Below are positions 1-10,156 of a DNA stretch of 64,000 nt, piece after piece. Every line of letters starts with the position of its first letter. Positions within the stretch are counted from its first letter, which is position 1. Under the pieces are notes generated by a model. It saw only the letters and a program-made list of their open reading frames with translations. It was not told the origin of the DNA and made no database searches. The position numbers were made by a program, and so were the translations under genes. Source of the stretch: an uncultured Gemmatimonadales bacterium. GTDB lineage: Bacteria; Gemmatimonadota; Gemmatimonadetes; Longimicrobiales; Gaopeijiaceae. Where the stretch lies: contig CAWGKG010000017.1 of the NCBI GenBank assembly GCA_963823035.1, positions 160,001 to 224,000 of the forward strand, read 5' to 3'.

Positions 1-607
1 GCCAACCACGACAGCGAGCGTGGACCGCGGGCGGCCTTCATGGGCCCCGAGCAGCTCGCCTGGCTCCAGAACGCGCTCCGCTCGAGCCGCGCCACCTGGA
101 AGATCATCGCCTCGGACCTCCCGATCGGCCTGATCGTGCCGGACTTACCCGCGCGACGGGGGCCCGACGTACGAGGCGTGGGCCAACGCCGACGACGGCC
201 CGCCCCTCGGCCGCGAGATGGAGCTGGCGCAGCTCCTCTCCTTCATGAAGCGCGAGCGCATCCGGAACACGGTCTGGGTCACCGCCGACGTGCACTACGC
301 GGCGGCCCACCACTACGCGCCGGAGCGCGCCACCTTCACGGACTTCGACCCGTTCTGGGAGATCGTGGCCGGGCCGATGCACGCGGGCACCTTCGGTCCG
401 AACAAGCTGGACGGGACGTTCGGGCCCGAGGTGCGCTTCTCGTCGATCGCCGGCGGCATCGAGCCGAACCGCCCTCCGAGCGAGGGGCTCCAGTTCTTCG
501 GGACGCTCGACGTCGACCCCGCGACGCGGGCGCTCACGGCCGCGCTGCACAACGTGGGCGGCGAGCGGATCTGGCGGATGGAGCTGGCGCCCGACGGGGA
601 GGGCTGA
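1..607 (+). CDS. phoD: Alkaline phosphatase D family protein, C-terminal part (5' truncated by the window, frameshift near 150)
   Basis: Stitched translation: GPEQLAWLQNALRSSRATWKIIASDLPIGLIVPD...YEAWANADDGPPLGREMELAQLLSFMKRERIRNTVWVTADVHY...FWEIVAGPMHAGTFGPN. These are typical PhoD motifs. Confidence 0.88.
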
Positions 608-629
608 CCTCCCCGCCGGGCACGCCGCG

Positions 630-2109
630 TCAGTTGAAGGGCAGCACGTCCGGACGAGTTCTTGTTGGCCACCAGCACGGCGTTCATGTCGTGCAGGATC
701 ACCGCGAGGGTGTCGCCGTCCTCGTAGGTGAAGCCGTCCAGCTGGTAGTTCTGCGGGATGAAGCTCGGCATGCGCGCCGTGAGCGCGGGCGAGCTCTCGT
801 CCACGTTCGGGTTCGTGAGCGCCTCGTCGAGCGCGACCGGGAAGCGGATCCCCAGGTCGGTCATCCGACGCCCCTCCACCACGAAGATCTCCTGCCGCAT
901 CAGGTACAGGAGGTAGAGCATGTCGTCGACCGTGGTGGCTCCGTCGAGCATCGCCTGCGTCACCGACGTGCCGGACACGGTCGGCACCTCGACCAGTCCG
1001 GTCGCGCGCGTCAGCACCAGCCCGGCACGCGCCTCGGCGTCCGGGCTCGCCTTCACGAGGATGTCGCTGGTGTTCGGGTAGATCCACGTGCCGCCGCGAC
1101 GGCCGCGCTGCTGCCCGCGGTCGTCGATCATCGCGGTGGGCCGCGAGGCCACGAGCCCGAGCAGCGCGCTCAGCTCGCTGCGCGCTCCGCCCACGTCGCC
1201 CTGCGACAGGTCGGCCTCGGCGATGATCAGGTAGGCTTCCTCGCCCTTCAGGATCGCGATCGGGCTCTGGTCCCCGGCCGACTCGCTGTAGTACTTGGGG
1301 AAGAGGAAGTCGAGGCGGGGCAGCGGCTGGAACTCGTCCTGCCCCGAATCGTAGATCGCGAACTGCATGGAGTTCGTCGGCCCGTCGACGTTGTCGTACT
1401 GCACCCAGCGGATGAGCGTCGGGTCGGCCGCCTTCACCTGCTGCGCCGCCGCGACCGCCGCGTCGCGGTTGCCCGCGTCGTACTGGGCGCGCGCCACGCC
1501 GAGCATCGCCGCGTTGCGCAGCGCGGCGTCGGCGGTCATCGAGGCGGCCTGCTGGAAGTCCTGCACCGCCAGCGCCAGGTGCTCGGACGGCTCCACGACC
1601 GGGCCGCCACCCTCGACCGGGAGCCCGACGAAGAGCTCGCCGCCGAGCAGGTAGGCGAAGCCGCGATGGAAGTGGAGCTGCGCCTCCATCTCGGTCGTGG
1701 ACGACGGGTCGCCCGGCAGGATCACGTTCAGCCCCTGGTCCGCCATCGCGCGCAGCCGGTGCACGTCCGCCTGGATGTTGCGCACGTCGAAGTCGGAGGC
1801 GTCGATCTGCGGGATGTCGAACACCTTGCTGAACAGCGTCCGGTTGTTGAAGAGGTTGTCCGAGACCACCTCGGTGCCCGTGATGACCGTGTTGATGGTG
1901 GCCGCGAGCTGCCGCTCGACGCCGCGGGTCCAGGAAGCCGCAGCGTTCGACGTCTCGACGAAGGTCTCCTCGGTGACCGTCGGGTTCGTGACGTGCGTGG
2001 GATCGACGAGGTCGCACCCCGCCGCGGTGGCGAGGGCGAAGACGGTGGCGGTCGCGAAGGCCCGCGTGCGCAGGGTCGTGATCCGGCTGTTCGAATCGTG
2101 GCTATGCAT
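630..2109 (-). CDS. SusD/RagB-like surface lipoprotein
   Basis: ATG at 2109 with an AGGAGG RBS. Lipobox LATAAGC, helical TPR-like segments (AQLHFHRGFAYLLGGE) and RQEIFVVEGRRMTDL. Lies directly downstream of a SusC-like gene. An indel near 650 restores the end DVLPFN*. Confidence 0.75.
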
Positions 2110-2120
2110 GGCTCGGCCTC

Positions 2121-5039
2121 CTAGAACCGCACGCGGACGGTCGTGAGGAACGACCACGGGTGAGGGATCGCTCGCGTAGTTGAAGCCGCCCACGCTCGCG
2201 GCGCCCTGGCTGGCCGCGCCCGAGTGGTCGGACTCCGGGTCGAAGGACGACGTCCACCAGCCCAGCGGGTTCAGCAGCGTGATGCCGAGGTCGATGTCCC
2301 GGGCCCAGCTCCCGATGATCCCGCCCGCCAGCGAGTAGTCCGCCGAGATGCTGCGCACGCGCAGGTAGTCGGTGTTCTCCACGAAGAAGTTGGTCAGGTT
2401 GAGCCAGTTTCCCCGGATCGGTCCGGGGTTCGCCTCGAGCAACGCGGGTGGCAGCTCGGGATCGTCGATGCCGTACAGGTAGCGGAACTGCCGGTTGAAG
2501 GAGTGGAGCTGGGCGCCGGTCTGCCAGTCGGCGTGGGCCTGCAGGCGCAGGTTGCTGCCGAACGTCATCTCCAGGCCGAGCGAGCCGAAGCGGTCGGGCA
2601 GCGGTTTGCCGAGGTACTGCAGGAGCTCGGTCTTGGCGATGGTGCCGTCCGCGTTGAGCGTCGAGGAGGTGCCGCGCAGCGCGCCCACCGGCCAGCCCTC
2701 CTTCACCACGGACTCCACGGTCGAGGAGCTGAAGCCGCTGATGCCGAACACCGGTGAGCCGCCCGCGTCGATGACCTCGTTGTGGAGCGTGTTGTACGAC
2801 GCGGTCAGGCGGGCCGTCACCGACTGCGTACGGACCACGTCGCCCACGATCTGGATCTCGACGCCGTTGTTCGCGATCTCGCCGACGTTGCGTAGCTGGG
2901 TCCCCTCGCCCGAAGAGGGCGGAGACGGCACGAGGAAGAGGGCGTCGCGCGTGCGCGCGTCGTACCAGTTGACCTGCAGCGTGAGGCGGCCGGTGAGCGC
3001 CTGGAGCTCGCCACCGAGCTCGACCGTGTGGGTCTTCTCGGGCTTGAGGTCGGGGTTGCCGGGCTGGCCGAAGGCGGCGGTCTGGTCGCCGAGATAGGAG
3101 GCGAACGACACGGTGCGGTCGTTGGCGAACGGCGGCGGGAAGTTGCCCGCCACGCCGTAGTTGCCGCGCAGGCGCAGGCTGGAGATCGCCCGCGACGGAC
3201 ACGTTGTCGCGGAAGAAGGACTCGGATCCGATGTCGTACGAGAAGCCGATCTTCGGGTAGTACTGCAGGCCCACCTGGTCGCCGAACGCGGAGTTGCCGT
3301 CCGCCCGCAGCCCGACGTCGAGGAAGTAGCGGTCGTACAGGCCCAGGTTCTCCTGCGCGTACACGCCGTAGTTCACGAGCTGGCTGTGGTAGTCGTCCGC
3401 CGTGGTCGATCCCGCCCCGCGCACGGTCTCGCTGCCGTCGCGGACGTTGAGCGCGACGCGCGAGGACTGGTCGTCGTCGTTGCGGAAGAGCTGGGCGCCG
3501 CCGCTGGTGACCAGCGACAGCGGACCGCTCGTGTAGCGGTGCTGGCCCGAGCCCTCGAGGGTGAGCCCGAGGAAGCGCCGGTCGTAGCTCGAGATGCTCC
3601 CGCGGTCGTCCGTGCCCTCGGGATAGACCTTCGTGAAGATCAGGAACTCGTTGGTCTCGATGCCGCGCTCGTTGCTCACGCGGCTGTCGAGGCCGACGGT
3701 CGCGTTGAAGGTGAGGTCCTTGGCCGGCTCCCAACGGAACGCGTTGGACATCTGGTAGCGCGAGACCTCCACGCGGTAGTTCTGGAGCGCCTCGGCCCCG
3801 GTCAGGAAGGTGCGCAGGTCGTTGAGCTCGCTCGGCGTGGCCTCGTTGAGCTTGTTGTTGAAGCCCAGCGCGAAGATGCGCCCGCCCTCCAGGAGCCAGA
3901 GCGGGGTGTAGCCTCCGGCGTTTCCGTCGCGGGTGCGGTCGTAGTGGTTCCACCCGAAACCGAACGAGCCCGTGTACTGCAGGTTCTCGCGGATGCGCGC
4001 CGTGAGGCCCGTACGGGCCTGGTAGCTGCGCGATCCGTTGTTGGCGATGCGGTACCCGGCGCGGTCGTGCAGGCTGCCGCCGAAGGACCACGTCACGTTC
4101 TCGTTGCCCCCGTCCGCGGAGAGGCGGTACTGCTGCGTGAGCCCGTTGCGGTAGAGGAGGTCGGCGGTCTGCGGGAAGAAGAACGCCTTCTTGACCGGGG
4201 CCTCGAAGCCGATCTCGGTCTCCACGGACATCCGCGTGGGTCCGGGCGTCCCCTTCTTCGTGAAGATCTGGATGACGCCGTTCGCGGCGTCCGACCCGTA
4301 CAGCGTCGTGGCGGCGCCGCCCGGGACGTACTCGATGCGATCGATGTTCTCGAGCGGGATGTCCGCGATGGAGGAGGTCTGCGTCCCCTGGCGCCGGTTC
4401 CCCGACACGTTGAGCGAGAGCTCGGCCATCGTGTTCAGGTTGTCCACCCGCACCCCGTCCACGTAGATGACCGGCGTGGTCGACCGACTCACCGACACGG
4501 GCCCACGCCCGCGCGTGACGGAGGTCGCGCCGGGCTGTCCGGAGCTCAGGCGAACCTGGACGGAGGGGAGCGCGGTCTGCAGGAGCTGGTCCAGCCGCGA
4601 CGCCGAGGAGGCCTCGATCGCGTCGGACGAGATCACGTCGATGTTCGTGGAGAGCCGCCGCCTGGAGATCTCCGCACCCTGCCCCGTCACGACGATCGGG
4701 TCGAGCTCCATCGCCTGCTCCTCGAGCTCGAGGTCGAGCGCCAGCGCCTGACCCGCGGTCACGGAGACCGTGCGGGAGACGCCGCGCGAAACCGAGCGCC
4801 TGGGTGACGAGCGTGTACTCGCCGGGGGCGACCCAGTGAGGACGTAGGCCCCGCCATCTCCGCTGAGCGCCGAGATCCCCTGACCGTCCAGGGACACCTC
4901 GACCCCGCTCAGGGGCTGCCCTCCGAAGGTGGAGGTGATGCGGCCCTGGATCGAGCCGGTGCTCTGGGCGCGGAGGGGAGCGGCGATCGCCAGCGCCCCG
5001 ACGAGCAGCCGGGACGAGGACGCGGACTCTTCGGAACAT
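2121..5039 (-). CDS. SusC/RagA-like TonB-dependent receptor (several frameshifts)
   Basis: Carboxypeptidase-regulatory N-domain, plug motifs (TPVIYVDGVRVDN; IENIDRIEYVPGGAATTLYGSDAANGVIQIFTKKG), barrel motifs (LRADGNSAFG, GNPDLKPEKT) and a C-terminal Phe (TTVRVRF*). Confidence 0.9.
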
Positions 5040-5123
5040 GGCAGATGCTCCTGGGCAGAGAGACGCCGGCTCGGAGGGGGCGTCGACCTCCCGAACCTCC
5101 CCCCGACTGCGGATTTCGGAGCC

Positions 5124-5152
5124 ATCGTATGCAGTATAAGATATGGAGTCAA
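5124..5152 (-). promoter_or_regulatory. Sigma70-type promoter for the SusC/SusD operon
   Basis: Minus strand reads TTGACT-N17-TACGAT, in an AT-rich patch about 85 nt upstream of the ATG at 5039. Confidence 0.6.
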
Positions 5153-5238
5153 GCACCTTCTCCGACTCGTTGCCGACCTGCACTTTCAGGGTAGACAAAC
5201 CGGGGATCTCGCGCCGCTTCGCACGAAGGGAGTCGAAC

Positions 5239-6345
5239 ATGACGGTCATCGCTCTTGCCCTCCGCAGCACGCGATTCGCCGCCTCCGCGGCCCGGATCGC
5301 GGGCGCCTTCGCGGTGGTCCTCGGGCTGGTCCCCGCCACCCTCTCCGGGCAGCAGCCGGGCCCCACGAACACCCTCACCGACGTGGCCGGCATCAAGGTC
5401 GGCAGCTATCAGCGCGTCGAGGGCGGCTACAGGACCGGCACCACGGTCATCCGCACCGAGACTGGCGCGACGGCCAGCATCAACGTGCAGGGCGGCGCCC
5501 CGGGAACGCGCGAGACGGACCTCCTGGCGCCGGGCGGCCTGGTCACCAAGGTGAACGCGATCGTGCTGAGCGGGGGAAGCGCCTACGGGTTGGACGCGGC
5601 GACCGGCGTGATGCGTTGGATGGAGGAGCACGGGTTCGGCTTCCCGGTGGGTCAGGGCGTCGTGCCGATCGTGCCCGCGGCCATCCTCTTCGACCTCGGC
5701 CGGGGTGGGGACTTCTCGAAGCGGCCCGACGCGGACTTCGGCTACATGGCGGCCGACGCGGCCACGGACGCGGCCGTGGCGATCGGGCGCGCCGGGGCCG
5801 GGACGGGCGCGCGCTACGGCCTCGGGTCGGCGAGCGTGGTGCTCCCGAACGGGTACACGGTGGGCGCGATCGTGGGGCTGAACCCGGCCGGCTCGGCCGT
5901 GAACCCCGAGACGTGCCGTCCCGTACGGCGACTTCCTCGAGCTGGACGGCGAGTTCCACCTCGTCGCGCCCGATCGCGGCGGAGTGCGAGGCATCGAGGA
6001 ACGCACCTCCCGGACGCGGCGAGAGCTTCAACACGACGATCGCGCTCGTGGCCACGGACGCGCCTCTCGACCAGACGCAGGTCCAGCGGATGGCGATGGT
6101 GGCGAACAGCGGGCTGGCGCGCTCCATCCGCCCGATCCACGGCATGGGCGACGGCGACGCGGTGTTCGGGATGGCCACCACCGACCCGGCGCCGGGGTCC
6201 ACGGTCTCGCTCCAGGATCTCCAGGCGATCTACAACGCCGCCTCGGACGCGCTCGGCCGCGCGGTCGTGCACGCGCTCCTGGAGGGTGGCGTCTACTGCG
6301 ACCAGTTCCCCAGCGCCTGCGGAACCGCGCCGCCGGAAGCACTGA
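5239..6345 (+). CDS. Secreted P1/S58 family (DmpA/NylC/ThnT-like) self-cleaving hydrolase (frameshifts near 5920-5970)
   Basis: Signal peptide, then NTLTDVAGIKVG, GGAPGTRETDLL, AIVLSGGSAYGLDAATGVM, VPIVPAAILFDL, autoproteolysis site FN|TTIALVATDA and GLARSIRPIHGMGDGDAVF. The exact C-terminus is uncertain. Confidence 0.85.
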   Translation: MTVIALALRSTRFAASAARIAGAFAVVLGLVPATLSGQQPGPTNTLTDVAGIKVGSYQRVEGGYRTGTTVIRTETGATASINVQGGAPGTRETDLLAPGGLVTKVNAIVLSGGSAYGLDAATGVMRWMEEHGFGFPVGQGVVPIVPAAILFDLGRGGDFSKRPDADFGYMAADAATDAAVAIGRAGAGTGARYGLGSASVVLPNGYTVGAIVGLNPAGSAVNPETCRPVRRLPRAGRRVPPRRARSRRSARHRGTHLPDAARASTRRSRSWPRTRLSTRRRSSGWRWWRTAGWRAPSARSTAWATATRCSGWPPPTRRRGPRSRSRISRRSTTPPRTRSAARSCTRSWRVASTATSSPAPAEPRRRKH

Positions 6346-6463
6346 GGCGGAAGGAGCGTCGCGGGACCGAGGCCGGTTCGGCGCCTGCGTGGCTATTGTA
6401 TGCTATATTCTCGCGCCGTCACGAGTTGCCCCCGGTTCACCGTTCTTCGTGAAAGCCGAGACC

Positions 6464-7117
6464 ATGACCCGCAGCCCTTGGCCCAAGGTTTCCCAGGTGA
6501 CGCTGGCGGACCAGGCGTACGCCGCCATCCGGGCCCGTATCCTGAGCGCGGACATGGCACCCGGGGAGTTCGTGCGGGAGCAGGACGTGAGCGAAGCGCT
6601 GGGCGTGAGCAGGACGCCCGTGCGTGAGGCGCTGGGCCGGCTGGCGAGCGAGGGGTTCCTCGAGCGCATCCCGCACCGCGGCTTCCGCGTCCCGGACGAG
6701 GCGGTGGGCACGCTGCTCGAGCTCTACCCGATCGTGTCGGCGCTGGACCTCCTGGCCGGCAGGCTCGCCCTTCCCCGGCTGAAGCGGGACACCATCGCGC
6801 GCCTGCGCGACCTCAACCGGCGCCTCTCCGAGAGCGAGGACAGCGACGACGTCCGGCAGCGCATCGAGCTCAACAACGAGTTCCACCACGTGATCTGCGA
6901 GCAGAGCGGTAGCCAGCGCCTCACCGAGCTGCTGGACGACCTGCGCAGCCAGGTGACCCGGCTGGAGATCTGGTACTACTCGCAGCGCTCGCGCACCGAC
7001 GAGTCCGTGGCGGACCACGACGCGCTCATCGAGGCCATCGAGGCGGGCGACCACGAACGAGCGCTCGAGCTGCTCGAGCACAACATGGCGCTCACGCTCA
7101 AGCGCCTGGCCGAGTGA
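6464..7117 (+). CDS. GntR family (FCD) transcriptional regulator
   Basis: Winged HTH ALGVSRTPVREALGRLASEG, plus FCD domain NNEFHHVI...DHDALIEAI. Confidence 0.95.
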   Translation: MTRSPWPKVSQVTLADQAYAAIRARILSADMAPGEFVREQDVSEALGVSRTPVREALGRLASEGFLERIPHRGFRVPDEAVGTLLELYPIVSALDLLAGRLALPRLKRDTIARLRDLNRRLSESEDSDDVRQRIELNNEFHHVICEQSGSQRLTELLDDLRSQVTRLEIWYYSQRSRTDESVADHDALIEAIEAGDHERALELLEHNMALTLKRLAE

Positions 7118-7123
7118 CGCCCC

Positions 7124-8452
7124 TCAGTCGCTGACGGCGCGGCAGGCGCGGCCCAGGCGGGCCAGCGCCTCGGCGGTCTCCTCTTCCGTGATCAGCATGG
7201 ACGGACCGATCCGAACCACCTGGCCGTGGAGCCCGCCCGTGCCGATGAGGAGGCCCTCCTCCTTCGCGGCCTGCTGCAGCGCCTTCGTCCGTCCCGGATC
7301 GGGCTCGCGGCTCGCGCGGTCCTTCACCACCTCGAGGGCCTGCATCAGCCCCATGCCGCGGACCTCCCCGATCCACCGGCACTCGTTGGCGAGGAGCTCG
7401 AGGCCGGCGCGGAGCTGACGTCCCCGCTCCTCCGAGCGGGTGGGCACGTCCTCCTCGATCATCACGTCCAGGGTGGCCCCCGCGGCGGCCATCGACACGG
7501 GGTTGCCCCCGAACGTCGAGATGGAGGGGGAGCCCCACGCCTCGGCGATCTCGTCGCGCGCGAGGGTGGCGCCCACCGGGAAGCCGTTGGCGATCCCCTT
7601 GGCCATGATCATCAGGTCGGGCTCCACCGCGTCGTGCTGGCACCCGAACCAGTGCGTGCCCGTGCGGCCGAATCCGGTCTGCACCTCGTCGCAGATGAAC
7701 ACGCCGCCGTAGCTGCGGATCACCTCGGCCGCGCGGGCCAGGTAGCCGGCCGGGGGCACGACGAAGCCGCCGACCCCCTGGATCGCCTCGACCAGCAGGG
7801 CGGCGGGGCGACGCGACGTGGTCGTCTCGATGACCTCGACCAGGTCGTCGATGAAGTACGCGGTCTGCTCCTCCTCGGTGGCGTCCGGCCCCAGGGGGGA
7901 GCGGTAGGGGTTGGGCGACTTCGCGTGGCTGACGCCCGCCACGGTCCCCGCCACCGGCCGCCAGCTGCCGTGGCCGGTGATCCCGGCCGCGAGCGTGCTC
8001 CTCCCCGAGTAGGCGTGGCGCAGCGCCACGATCTCCGTCCGGCCCGTGTACACGCACGCCGCCGTGATCGCCGTCTCCACCGCCTCGGTGCCGCTGTTCG
8101 TGAAGGCGACCCGGGTCAGCCCCGCGGGCGCGATGCGCACCAGCCGATCGCCGACCTCGACCTGCCCCTCGGTCAGGTACAGCGTGGAGGTGTGCCCCAG
8201 TCGCTGCATCTGCTCGTGCACGGCCTCCGTGACACGCGGATGGCAGTGCCCGATGGACGTGGTGAGGATCCCGGCGAAGAAGTCGAGATACTCCCTCCCC
8301 TGGACGTCCTTCACCCAGACCCCCTGCGCGCTCTCGAGCGCGATGGGCTCCGCGTAGTAGGGCCTCACCCACGGGAAGAGGCGTGCGCGGTGCGCGTCCA
8401 GGATCTCCTCGTCGGAGCGGATCACCGTGGCCGGGGCGCTGTTCGGGGTCAC
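7124..8452 (-). CDS. Class-III PLP aminotransferase, AGXT2/PydD-like (beta-alanine/beta-aminoisobutyrate type)
   Basis: YLDFFAGILTTSIGHCHP, FTNSGTEA, EAIQGVGG, DEVQTGFGRTG, MAKGIANG and STFGGNP. Lies directly downstream of mmsA. Confidence 0.88.
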   Translation of the reverse strand: MTPNSAPATVIRSDEEILDAHRARLFPWVRPYYAEPIALESAQGVWVKDVQGREYLDFFAGILTTSIGHCHPRVTEAVHEQMQRLGHTSTLYLTEGQVEVGDRLVRIAPAGLTRVAFTNSGTEAVETAITAACVYTGRTEIVALRHAYSGRSTLAAGITGHGSWRPVAGTVAGVSHAKSPNPYRSPLGPDATEEEQTAYFIDDLVEVIETTTSRRPAALLVEAIQGVGGFVVPPAGYLARAAEVIRSYGGVFICDEVQTGFGRTGTHWFGCQHDAVEPDLMIMAKGIANGFPVGATLARDEIAEAWGSPSISTFGGNPVSMAAAGATLDVMIEEDVPTRSEERGRQLRAGLELLANECRWIGEVRGMGLMQALEVVKDRASREPDPGRTKALQQAAKEEGLLIGTGGLHGQVVRIGPSMLITEEETAEALARLGRACRAVSD

Positions 8453-8469
8453 GTCCACCTCCAGGGAGG

Positions 8470-9950
8470 TCACCACCGCGAGATCACCACGCGCTGGTCC
8501 GTGAAGAAGGAGATCGCATCCTTGCCCTGGGCGCGCAGGTCGCCGAAGAACGAGGCCCGGGACCCGCCGAAGGGAAAGAAGGCCATCGGGGCCGCGACGC
8601 CGATGTTGACGCCGATCATGCTGATCCCGGCCTGGTAGCGGAACTCCCGCGCCGCCCGCCCGCTCGTGGTGAAGATCGAGCAGGCATTGCCGTACGCGAC
8701 GCGGTGCATCAGCTCGATGGCTTCCTCGAACGACCCCACCTCGGTGAGCCCCGCCACGGGCCGAAGATCTCCTCACGGCCGACCGACATCTCCGGGCTCA
8801 CGTTCTCGAGGATCGTGGGGCCCACCCAGTGCCCGTGGGGAAGACCCTCGACCTCGTAGCCTCTCCCGTCGAGGAGCACGCTGGCGCCTTCCCGCTGCCC
8901 CGCGTCGATGAAGCCCTCCACGCGCTCCCGGTGCTTCGCCGAGATGACCGGCCCCATGAACGTGTCGGGGTCGAGGCCGCGGCCGACCTTGATGGGCGCG
9001 GCCTGCTCGTGGACGCGCTCGCGAACGGCGGCGTAGGCCTCGCCCACCCCGACGATCTGGCTGCCCGCGAGGCAGCGCTGCCCGGCGGACCCGTACACCG
9101 AGCCGATCACCGCCTCGGTCGTCAGGTCGAGGTCCGCGTCGGGGAGGACGATCATGTGGTTCTTCGCGCCGCCCAGCGCCTGGACGCGCTTCCCCGAGGC
9201 CGCCGCGCGCGCGTAGATGATCCGGGCGATCTGGCTCGAGCCGACGAACGAGATCCCCTTCACGTCCGGGTGGTCGAGAAGCGCCTCCGTCGCGACCCGG
9301 TCGCCGTGGACGACGTTGAGCACGCCCGCGGGAAGGCCCGCCTCCATCGCCAGGTCGACGATCTTCTGGTGCGTGAGCGGGTCCTGCTCGCTCGGCTTCA
9401 GCACGAAGGTGTTCCCGGTGGCGACCGCGTACGGCCAGAACCACATCGGGATCATGACCGGGAAGTTGTACGGCGTGATGCCGGCGAAGACCCCGAGCGG
9501 CTGCCGGATGGACTCGCAGTCGATGCCGCGCGCCACGTCCTCCACGGTGTCGCCCATCATGAGCGTGGGCACGCCGCAGGCGTGCTCGACGTTCTCGATG
9601 CCGCGCTGGATCTCGCCCAGCGTCTCGGCGACGTTCTTCCCGTGCTCCCGGCTCAGGTCGCGCGCGAGGTCGTGCTTGCGCTCGTCCATGATCGCCTTGA
9701 AGCGGAAGAGCACGCGCGCGCGCTCCACCGCCGGCGTCGCCCTCCAGGCAGGAAAGGCGTCCCTCGCCGCCTGCACCGCGGCGTCCACGTCCTCGGCGGT
9801 CGAGAGCGGGACGTGCCCGAGGATCTCACCGGTGGCCGGGTCCGTAACGTCGAGCGTGCTCGTGCCGGACGCCGGCACCCACATGCCGCCGATGAAGTTG
9901 CGGATGGGCGTACCGGATCCTCCGGCGGTGCCCGTGGTGGCTGGGCTCAT
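8470..9950 (-). CDS. mmsA: CoA-acylating (methyl)malonate-semialdehyde dehydrogenase (frameshift near 8757)
   Basis: [33 protein letters not shown], catalytic GQRC, EEIFGP and [26 protein letters not shown]. Confidence 0.93.
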
Positions 9951-10156
9951 GGCGAAGCGCGGCTCCTTCCTGCCGATTCTGCTCAGGGTGGAGAGGGCCG
10001 GAGAAGCGCGGCCGGACCCCGGAGAAACGCCCATCGGACGAGGCACGGGCGGATTTTGTAGATTGTATGTAATGTGTCCCCTCGGGCGCTGTCAACGTCG
10101 CGGCTCAGCGGTCCTTCCACGACCCCGCGACCTGCTCTGTCGCGGCGACGAGGGGC

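Noticed and set aside
40..2124. Long Arg/Gly/Pro-rich antisense or alternative-frame ORFs here and throughout the window
   Set aside because: These are shadow ORFs caused by high GC and codon bias, and they have no recognisable motifs.
313..3153. SusC-SusD fusion suggested by the 946-aa ORF
   Set aside because: An indel near 2155 hides the SusC stop (VRF* at 2121). SusD has its own RBS, ATG and lipobox.
10063..10095. Exact sigma70 promoter for mmsA (TTGACA...TACAAT)
   Set aside because: The spacing is 22 nt, too long for a confident call. The region is kept only as a putative operator site.
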